A DNA stretch of 64,000 nucleotides from an uncultured Bacilli bacterium (GTDB taxonomy: Bacteria; Bacillota_I; Bacilli_A; ML615J-28; CAG-313), in NCBI GenBank assembly GCA_934140285.1, contig CAKPBI010000003.1, positions 4,130 through 68,129 on the forward strand, given 5' to 3'. Position 1 is the stretch's first letter. Every line of letters starts with the position of its first letter. Below the pieces are notes generated by a model. That model was given only the letters and a program-made list of their open reading frames with translations, had not been told where the DNA came from and searched no databases. This document shows positions 11,606 to 18,804 of this stretch, in pieces. A program made the translations under genes and the position numbers.

Positions 11606-12703
11606 ATGGAAAAGTTTGAAATAGTAAAAGCTTATGAAGATTTTAAAACGAGACTAAATGATTTAGAAAAAGTTTTACAAATACCAATCTTAAAAGCTAA
11701 AATACAAGAAAACGATCAAGCCATGTCTTCTCCAACTTTCTGGGATAACCCAACTTTAGCCGCGAAGTTTCTTCAAGAAAATAATGAAAATAAAGAAAAA
11801 ATCAAAACATACGAAAATCTAAAACAAGAGCTTGATGAATTAAATGTCGTACTTGAATTAGATGATGAATCTTTATATGATGAGGCTGAAGAAATAGTTA
11901 AAAAACTTTCTAAGAAAATTGAAAAGTTTGAAAATGAACAATTATTAAATGAACCGTATGACCATATGAATGCAATTCTTGAACTTCACCCCGGAGCTGG
12001 AGGAACTGAAGCTCAAGATTGGGCCTTAATGCTTTACCGAATGTACAAAAGATATGCGGAAAGAAATCATTTTGATTTTGAATTATTAGATTATGAAGAA
12101 GCAAATGATGCCGGAATTAAAAGTGCAACTTTTGTTATTAAAGGTAAGAATGCATATGGAATTTTAAAAGGAGAAAAAGGCGTCCACCGCTTAGTTAGAA
12201 TCTCTCCTTTTGATAGTAACGCAAGACGACATACAAGCTTTGTTGCATTAAACGTTACACCGGAAATTGATAATACTGTTGATGTAGAAATTAATCCTGA
12301 TGATTTAAAAATTGATACATACCGTTCAAGTGGAGCAGGAGGTCAACATATTAATAAAACAGACTCAGCTGTTCGTATCACTCATCTTCCAACTGGAATT
12401 GTAGTATCATGTCAAAATCAACGTAGCCAAATTCAAAACAGAGAAAAGGCTATGCAAATATTAAAATCAAAATTATATCAATTAGAAATGGAAAAACAAG
12501 AAAAAATGTTAAAGAGTATTGGCGGAGAATTAAGCGACAATGCTTTTGGCAGTCAAATTAGAAGTTATGTTTTACATCCATATTCAATGGTGAAAGATCA
12601 TCGTACTAATGTAGAATCATCAAATCCTACTAATGTTTTAGATGGTGATATAGATATTTTTATTGATGCTTATTTAAAATACAATAAGGATAAGGAGAAA
12701 TAA
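11606..12703 (+). CDS. prfB: Peptide chain release factor 2 (single uninterrupted ORF)
   Basis: 365 aa; SPF tripeptide (RISPFDS) and GGQ (SGAGGQHINK); AAGGAGG SD; no in-frame stop near codon 25. Confidence 0.95.
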   Translation: MEKFEIVKAYEDFKTRLNDLEKVLQIPILKAKIQENDQAMSSPTFWDNPTLAAKFLQENNENKEKIKTYENLKQELDELNVVLELDDESLYDEAEEIVKKLSKKIEKFENEQLLNEPYDHMNAILELHPGAGGTEAQDWALMLYRMYKRYAERNHFDFELLDYEEANDAGIKSATFVIKGKNAYGILKGEKGVHRLVRISPFDSNARRHTSFVALNVTPEIDNTVDVEINPDDLKIDTYRSSGAGGQHINKTDSAVRITHLPTGIVVSCQNQRSQIQNREKAMQILKSKLYQLEMEKQEKMLKSIGGELSDNAFGSQIRSYVLHPYSMVKDHRTNVESSNPTNVLDGDIDIFIDAYLKYNKDKEK

Positions 12704-12704
12704 A

Positions 12705-13673
12705 ATGTCAGAAAAAAATAAAAATGTAATTACTAAAAGAAAAGTCAAAGAGTTCCTTTTAATTAACTTAGGTGTTTTCTTAATGGCTGCTGCTTACTCT
12801 TTACTCCTTGATCCTAACCACGTTATCGTAGGTGGGGTTGGGGGAATATCAACAATAGTGTCAGCTGAACTACATGTTTCATCAAGTTTGGTAATGTTAA
12901 TTCTTAACTTAATCTTACTTGTATTTGCGTTAATATTTGTTGGTAAAGACTTTTTCATTAAAACCGCATATGCATCTTTAATCTATCCACTATATGCTTA
13001 TCTTTGGGAATTAATAAGACGCTATGCTTTAAAGGATATGTTACCAGATCTTACAAGTATTCCTTCTGTAAATGGAATTGATCCAAGAATCATTTCTGCA
13101 GGAGCATATCTTGTAATAGTTATTTTTGGAGCTGTAATTTCTGGGTTTGGCCTTGGCCTTGCGTTAAGAAATGGAGCATCAACTGGTGGTGTTGATATTA
13201 TTCAACGTATACTTCTAAAATATTTTAAACTTCCTTTTTCTGTAAGTTTAATCTTTATTGATGGAACAATTGTATTAGTATCAGGTCTTATTTTTAAAGA
13301 TATCTTTACAATTCTTTATGGTGCAATGTTTATCTTTATATCTGGATATGTTATGGATGCCATTATTTTTAGTGGGTTTAATTCAAGATGTGTTAATATT
13401 GTTACATCAAAACCTGAAGAAATAAAAAAACAAATATTTGATATTCTTGCTCGTGGAGTAACGGTAATCAATGCCAAAGGTGGATTCACTAATCTTGATC
13501 GTACATTATTAGTTTGTGTTATGAGTAATAATGAATTCTACAAAATGAAAGAGATAATTTACAACATTGATGAAAAAGCCTTCATCTATGTAACAAGAGC
13601 TAGTGAAGTTCATGGTGAAGGATTTACTCCAGAACTTACTCCTGATGAGGAGGTAAACAATGGAGGAAATTAA
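12705..13673 (+). CDS. YitT-family membrane protein (DUF2179 C-terminal domain)
   Basis: 322 aa; several TM helices, STGGVDII motif, soluble C-terminal domain typical of the YitT family. Confidence 0.75.
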   Translation: MSEKNKNVITKRKVKEFLLINLGVFLMAAAYSLLLDPNHVIVGGVGGISTIVSAELHVSSSLVMLILNLILLVFALIFVGKDFFIKTAYASLIYPLYAYLWELIRRYALKDMLPDLTSIPSVNGIDPRIISAGAYLVIVIFGAVISGFGLGLALRNGASTGGVDIIQRILLKYFKLPFSVSLIFIDGTIVLVSGLIFKDIFTILYGAMFIFISGYVMDAIIFSGFNSRCVNIVTSKPEEIKKQIFDILARGVTVINAKGGFTNLDRTLLVCVMSNNEFYKMKEIIYNIDEKAFIYVTRASEVHGEGFTPELTPDEEVNNGGN

Positions 13674-14415
13674 AGTTTTAAGTGTTGAAAAAAAAGGTAA
13701 AAAGTATTTAGTTTATGTAAGTACAGAAGAAGAACCAATCAAATTAACGGAAGATTCAATTGTCAATAATCGCATCTTAAAAGGAGCAGTAATTGATGCT
13801 GAGACTTGGGAAAAAATAAAAAAAGGAAAAGATGCAGCTTTCATATTTGACAAAGTATTAAACTACATTGACTTTAAACCAAGAACAACCAAAGAAATTA
13901 GAACATACTTAAAACAAAAAGAAATTGACAATGAAACAATTAACAACATAATAGAACGACTAGAAGAAATCCACTATCTTGATGATGATAAATATACTAA
14001 AATGTATATTGAAGAAGGTATTAAAAATAAAAAAGGGCCACAATTAATAATCTATAGTTTAAGTGAATTAGGCATTGATAAAGGATTAATAAATAAGTAT
14101 CTTTCACTTTATACAAAAGACCTAATGCAAGATAATGCTTTAGATGTTGGTAAAAAACATCAAAAACTTAATTTAAAGTATCCTGCTAAAAAACAACGTG
14201 AGTTAGTGTTCCAAAAATTATCAAGAAGTGGTTATTACACAGAAACTATTAATTATGTTCTTAATAATCTTGATTATCCGAGTGATTCAATGGAACAACT
14301 TAAAGATGAATATCAAAAGTTAAAAAAGAAAACTGATGATAAAAATAAAATCATAACCACCTTAATCACTAAAGGATATCGCTATGAGGATATTAAAAAA
14401 ATAATAGAATCTTAG
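13660..14415 (+). CDS. recX: Recombination regulator RecX
   Basis: 251 aa; repeated three-helix pattern (ALNYIDFKPRTTKEIRTYL.., IIERLEEIHYLDD..Y); overlaps the upstream gene by 14 nt. Confidence 0.75.
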   Translation: MEEIKVLSVEKKGKKYLVYVSTEEEPIKLTEDSIVNNRILKGAVIDAETWEKIKKGKDAAFIFDKVLNYIDFKPRTTKEIRTYLKQKEIDNETINNIIERLEEIHYLDDDKYTKMYIEEGIKNKKGPQLIIYSLSELGIDKGLINKYLSLYTKDLMQDNALDVGKKHQKLNLKYPAKKQRELVFQKLSRSGYYTETINYVLNNLDYPSDSMEQLKDEYQKLKKKTDDKNKIITTLITKGYRYEDIKKIIES

Positions 14416-14460
14416 CATATAATATAGTAAAATATCATATCTATTAATGGGTGATATTTT

Positions 14461-14592
14461 ATGGCAACAAAAAAGAAAAAGGTAAATGAAGGCTTAAGAG
14501 GTATAGCACAAAACTTAATTAAAGAACAAGAAATTGAGAGAAACTTAAGAACAGAGATTTCTAAAGAACTTCATGAACCTAAAAAAAAGTAA
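14461..14592 (+). CDS. Possible small basic protein (43 aa)
   Basis: MATKKKKVNEGLRGIAQNLIKEQEIERNLRTEISKELHEPKKK; GGGTGA SD-like element 6 nt upstream; below the ORF-track length cutoff; unverified. Confidence 0.3.
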   Translation: MATKKKKVNEGLRGIAQNLIKEQEIERNLRTEISKELHEPKKK

Positions 14593-14597
14593 TATTA

Positions 14598-14626
14598 TTG
14601 CAATGCAAACTAAATTAGAGTATAAT
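14598..14626 (+). promoter_or_regulatory. Sigma-A promoter driving the FMN riboswitch (TTGCAA-17-TATAAT)
   Basis: -35 TTGCAA at 14598-14603, exact 17-nt spacer, -10 TATAAT at 14621-14626; the riboswitch P1 begins about 7 nt downstream. Confidence 0.8.
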
Positions 14627-14632
14627 ATATTT

Positions 14633-14737
14633 ATCTTCAGGGCAGGGTGAAATTCCCGACCGGTGGTAAAGTCCACGAGCGTTTAGCTGATTTGGTGAAA
14701 TTCCAAAACCGATAGTAAAAGTCTAGATGAAAGAGGA
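14633..14737 (+). promoter_or_regulatory. FMN riboswitch (RFN element) aptamer
   Basis: Conserved RFN core: CAGGGCAGGGTGAAATTCCCGACCGGTGGTAAAGTCCACGAGC .. GATTTGGTGAAATTCCAAAACCGATAGTAAAAGTCTAGATGAAAGAGG. Confidence 0.93.
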
Positions 14738-14765
14738 TTGATTTTATAATCAATAGTTTTTTAAC

Positions 14766-14791
14766 ATGCCCTAGAAATAGGGCATTTTTTG
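14766..14791 (+). terminator. Riboswitch expression-platform terminator
   Basis: ATGCCCT-AGAAAT-AGGGCAT hairpin followed by TTTTTT, directly upstream of the SD of the regulated gene. Confidence 0.85.
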
Positions 14792-14809
14792 TATTTAGGA
14801 GATGATATA

Positions 14810-16525
14810 GTGAACAAACGAATGAAACTTATTAATAAGATAACAAAAATTGGAATCTTTACTGCACTATCGATAGTGCTATATAACATAAAATTCCCCC
14901 TTCCATTTTTTCCTCCCTTTTTAGAGGTTAATTTTTCAATGTTACCAATCATCCTCGTTTCATTAATGTTTGGCCCTGTTGAAGGTGCATTGGTTGTATT
15001 AATTAGATTCCTAATTAAACTTCCCTTTACTCATACGGTTATTGTCGGTGAAACTGCTGATTTAATTATTGGCCTTTTGACTGTCGTTCCCACAAGTTTA
15101 ATTTACCAACTTCATCGTTCAAAAAAAGGTGGTGTCATTGCTTTAATTGTTACCTTCTTTATTTGGACTATCGCTGGAGCGTTATCTAATTTCTTCACCG
15201 TTCCGCTTTATGTTAAATATTTCTTTGGTGGAGATGTAGAAGCAATCGTTAGAGTTTTAACAACCATACCTGGTATTAACGCAAGTAATTATTTGTGGAA
15301 ATACTTTATTTTTGCGGCATTACCATTTAATGCATTACTTTCATTTGTAATATGTTTAACTACTTTCTTCTTGTATAAACATATTTCCAAAATCTTTAAG
15401 CATGATTTCTTTAAAGATTCAACAAACACTAAAAAAGTAATGGTTATGATTGACTCATTTAAAGGAACTATTACCTCACGAGAAGCAAATAAAATTGTCA
15501 AAGATAAACTAACCGAAAAAGGTTATGTTGTAGATACTTTATCTATATCTGATGGTGGAGAAGGTTTTGTAGATTCAATTAGTGAAATTACTAAATTGAA
15601 ATTTCTTACAACAGTAACTTATGATGCTTTATTTAGAAAACATAATGCTAGATATTTGTATGATAAGAAAACTAAAACCGCCTATGTTGAACTTGCTGAA
15701 TGTTGTGGAATTGCAAGTCTAAAATATAGTGAATTAGATCCTTACAAAGCAAGCTCTTATGGTCTTGGCTATATGATTAACTATATTGTTAAAAATCATA
15801 AAGTAAAAAAAATTATTATTGGTATTGGTGGTTCCGCAAGCTCTGATGGTGGATGTGGAATGCTAGAGGCTTTAGGTACTAAATTCTATAATCAACAAAA
15901 CCAAGAAATAACAAAAATGAATAATGAGAAAATTAAAGAAGTTGCCTCAATTGATTTTAGTCAAACTAAAGAACTATTAAAAGGTATAGTAGTAGAGGTA
16001 CTAACGGATGTTTCTAATCCTTTAATCGGTCCAAATGGAGCTGTTTATGTATTTAGTAAACAAAAAGGTGCAACCCAAGATGACATGATAGTATTAGAAA
16101 ATAATATGATGCACTTAAAAAATATTATTGAAAATGATAACAAGTGTATTACAAAAAATGAAAATGGTGAAGGAGCAGCAGGTGGTGTTGGATTTGCGTT
16201 TAACCGTATAATTGGTGCTACCCTTAACCCAGGAGTAAATACCATTTTAAAGTTAGTTGATTTTAGTAAGATATGCCAAGAATATGATGAAGTAATTACT
16301 GGTGAAGGTTGTCTTGATGAACAAACCTTAAACGGCAAAGTCATTAAAGGAATTATGGAATATAAACCAAAACGCTTAATTCTTATTGTTGGTAGTGCTA
16401 AAATAAAAGTAAATGAATGTGATGTTTATCCAGTTGTTCCAACAGTATGTTCACTTGAAGAATCATTAACAAATCCAATTGAATGTTTTGTTGAACTTAT
16501 TGATAAAATAAAAGAAGAACTTTAA
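14810..16525 (+). CDS. Fusion protein: RibU-like riboflavin ECF S-component (N-terminal) + glycerate kinase family domain (C-terminal)
   Basis: GTG at 14810 lies 8 nt after AGGAG (the ATG at 14822 is an alternative). The first about 200 aa are 5-6 TM helices (ITKIGIFTALSIVLY..) as in RibU. From about 15437: MIDSFKGTITS..ISDGGEGF..GIGGSASSDGGCGMLEALG..GEG.LD.QT..GK, the glycerate kinase family pattern. No stop codon between the two parts. Confidence 0.75.
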   Translation: MNKRMKLINKITKIGIFTALSIVLYNIKFPLPFFPPFLEVNFSMLPIILVSLMFGPVEGALVVLIRFLIKLPFTHTVIVGETADLIIGLLTVVPTSLIYQLHRSKKGGVIALIVTFFIWTIAGALSNFFTVPLYVKYFFGGDVEAIVRVLTTIPGINASNYLWKYFIFAALPFNALLSFVICLTTFFLYKHISKIFKHDFFKDSTNTKKVMVMIDSFKGTITSREANKIVKDKLTEKGYVVDTLSISDGGEGFVDSISEITKLKFLTTVTYDALFRKHNARYLYDKKTKTAYVELAECCGIASLKYSELDPYKASSYGLGYMINYIVKNHKVKKIIIGIGGSASSDGGCGMLEALGTKFYNQQNQEITKMNNEKIKEVASIDFSQTKELLKGIVVEVLTDVSNPLIGPNGAVYVFSKQKGATQDDMIVLENNMMHLKNIIENDNKCITKNENGEGAAGGVGFAFNRIIGATLNPGVNTILKLVDFSKICQEYDEVITGEGCLDEQTLNGKVIKGIMEYKPKRLILIVGSAKIKVNECDVYPVVPTVCSLEESLTNPIECFVELIDKIKEEL

Positions 16526-16609
16526 CTATTAATTAGAGCTTATAGAAAAAGAATAATTGTGGATAACATAATTATTCTTTTTTATCATAAAATATTAAAG
16601 GTGAGTATT

Positions 16610-17371
16610 GTGATAAATTATATTGGAATTTTTCAAGCAGGAGGAATAAAAGGTATTGCTCATATTGGTGCCGTTACTGCTTTAGAAGAACGTGGATTCA
16701 AATGTGTAAAAGCTGCAGGAACAAGTGTTGGTGCTGTTATCGCATGCTTATTAATTGCAGGGTACAGTGGGAAAGAATTAAAGGAAATTGCCTTAAACCT
16801 TGATTTAGAAACTCTACGACAAAAAGGTAAACTAATTCAAGTCTTTAAAGACTTAGGACTATATTCTCCATATCCACTTGAAAGATACTTAGATAAACTC
16901 TTACAAGCTAAAAATATTAAAACTTATCAAGATATAAAAAAGGGAAATGAATACCCCTTAAAGGTAGTCGCAACCGACATTACAAGAAAAAAAGAAATTG
17001 TCTTTCCTGATTCATTAAAAGAATATTATAAAAATCCTGATACTTTTCCAATATCACAAAGTGTTGTAATGAGTGCTACATATCCATTATTTTATAAACC
17101 ACTACGTCTAAATAATAATCTAATTGTTGATGGAGCTGTAGTTAACAATTTTCCATGTAATCTATTTGATAGTGATAATCAATTAACTATTGGTTTTACC
17201 TTTCAAAATGAAAAGCGAAAAAACAAATCTACTATTCCTTATCTTATATCAATAGAACTACCTAAAGTTAGAAGTATGAACTTTAAAGTAAATAAAGAAA
17301 TACAATATCAATTATTTATTGCGGGATATAAAGCTGGTAAAAAGTTTGTAGAAAGTTATTTTAGTAGTTAA
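16610..17371 (+). CDS. Patatin-like phospholipase
   Basis: GGIKGIAHIG oxyanion motif, GTSVG (GxSxG) nucleophile elbow, DGA (VDGAV) catalytic Asp; GTG at 16610 behind AAGGTGAG is preferred to the track start at 16559. Confidence 0.8.
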   Translation: MINYIGIFQAGGIKGIAHIGAVTALEERGFKCVKAAGTSVGAVIACLLIAGYSGKELKEIALNLDLETLRQKGKLIQVFKDLGLYSPYPLERYLDKLLQAKNIKTYQDIKKGNEYPLKVVATDITRKKEIVFPDSLKEYYKNPDTFPISQSVVMSATYPLFYKPLRLNNNLIVDGAVVNNFPCNLFDSDNQLTIGFTFQNEKRKNKSTIPYLISIELPKVRSMNFKVNKEIQYQLFIAGYKAGKKFVESYFSS

Positions 17372-17506
17372 TTACAATCATAAAATATAAAACCACTTTA
17401 CTTTACTTTTACAATAATTTATGATATAATATGTCAGTATGATTAATTTAATCATCCCTTGCTTTTCTTACATGAAAAGCCGATAGACCAGAAGGAGGTG
17501 TAAAGA

Positions 17507-17788
17507 ATGAAAAAATACGAAGTAATGTATATCATTCGCCCAAATGTTGAAGAAGAACCAAGAAAAGCTCTAATGGCTGAATTAGAACAAGCATTCTTAG
17601 GAAATGCATCAGAAGTTCTTAACACAAAAGAAATGGGCTTAAGAGATTTAGCTTACGAAGTAGAAGGTGAAAAGAAAGGCTTTTATGTTTTATTAAACGT
17701 AAACGCAACACCAGCTGCTGTTAAAGAATTTGAACGTTTAGCTAATATCAAAGAAGCAGTTATTCGTCATATCGTTGTAGCTGAATAG
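17507..17788 (+). CDS. rpsF: 30S ribosomal protein S6
   Basis: 93 aa, MKKYEVMYIIRPNVEEE.. canonical S6; GGAGGTG SD. Confidence 0.95.
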   Translation: MKKYEVMYIIRPNVEEEPRKALMAELEQAFLGNASEVLNTKEMGLRDLAYEVEGEKKGFYVLLNVNATPAAVKEFERLANIKEAVIRHIVVAE

Positions 17789-17797
17789 GAGGTTATT

Positions 17798-18352
17798 ATG
17801 AATCGAGTTACTTTAGTTGGAAGGATTACTAAAGATCCTGAATTGAGAACTTCACCTAGTAACGTTTCATTCGTTGCATTTACTATTGCTGTCAATCGTA
17901 TTGGCACTAATGGTAATGGCGAAAGAGAAGCAGACTTTATTAATTGTATTGCATTTAATAAACAAGCTGAAAATTTAGCCCGTTTTATTAAAAAGGGTTC
18001 ACTAATTGGTGTTGAAGGAAAACTTCAAACCAGAAGATATCAAGCTGCTGATGGCAGTAATCGTGTTGCAACAGAAGTTATTTGTGATATGGTTCACTTC
18101 TTAGAACCACGTGGAACAAGTACTACTCAAGGTGGATATAATGATTATTCATCATATGAACCAAGACAAACTAATACTTATCAACCACAACAAAATAGCT
18201 ATCAACCTCAAGGAAATAGTTATCAACCTCGTCCAAATAATTATCAACAACCAACACCAAACAATGCTCCAGCAACTAATACACCATCAGATAATCCATT
18301 TGATGATATCCAAAATCAATTCAATATTACTGATGATGATTTACCATTTTAG
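17798..18352 (+). CDS. ssb: Single-stranded DNA-binding protein
   Basis: MNRVTLVGRITKDPELR OB-fold N-terminus, Q/P/N/Y-rich linker with 7-aa repeats, acidic tip DDDLPF. Confidence 0.95.
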   Translation: MNRVTLVGRITKDPELRTSPSNVSFVAFTIAVNRIGTNGNGEREADFINCIAFNKQAENLARFIKKGSLIGVEGKLQTRRYQAADGSNRVATEVICDMVHFLEPRGTSTTQGGYNDYSSYEPRQTNTYQPQQNSYQPQGNSYQPRPNNYQQPTPNNAPATNTPSDNPFDDIQNQFNITDDDLPF

Positions 18353-18366
18353 GAGGATAAATATAC

Positions 18367-18588
18367 ATGGCAACTTTTAGAAAACGTAAAAAGACTTGCT
18401 ACTTTACTGATAATAAAGTTGAAAAGATTGATTGGAAAGATGCTGACCTACTAAAGAGATTTATCTCTGATCGTGGAAAAATCTTACCTCGTCGTATCAC
18501 TGGTACAAAAGCAATCTATCAAAGAGAACTTGCTGTTGCAATCAAGAGAGCACGTCATATGGCCTTATTACCATTCGTAAAAGAATAG
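18367..18588 (+). CDS. rpsR: 30S ribosomal protein S18
   Basis: 73 aa; [32 protein letters not shown] pattern of S18. Confidence 0.95.
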   Translation: MATFRKRKKTCYFTDNKVEKIDWKDADLLKRFISDRGKILPRRITGTKAIYQRELAVAIKRARHMALLPFVKE

Positions 18589-18609
18589 TAATAAACAAAT
18601 TAAAATATA

Positions 18610-18638
18610 GATCAGGTAGTACTACTTGGTCTTTTTTT
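18610..18638 (+). terminator. Rho-independent terminator after rpsR
   Basis: GATCAGGTAG..CTACTTGGTC hairpin (with G-U pairs) followed by TTTTTTT. Confidence 0.7.
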
Positions 18639-18804
18639 ATGACAAAGGCTTTTAAACAAACATTTAAATATAGGAAAATATCGTTCAATAAAAATAGACT
18701 TTAATATTAAATTGTATGAATAGAAACAAAAAAAATAACATTAAACGTGGAAAAAATCTCAACATGTGGTATAATAAGGAAGAGAAAAAAATATAGGTGA
18801 TAAT

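Noticed and set aside
11606-12703. I looked for the programmed +1 frameshift site (CTT TGA C near codon 25) usual in prfB
   Set aside because: The gene is a single uninterrupted 365-codon ORF. A sizeable minority of bacteria lack the frameshift, so by itself this is not remarkable.
18111-18380. 89-aa alternative-frame ORF on the + strand
   Set aside because: It overlaps the repetitive Q/P/N/Y linker of ssb and the start of rpsR in another frame. It is a product of the 21-nt repeat composition.
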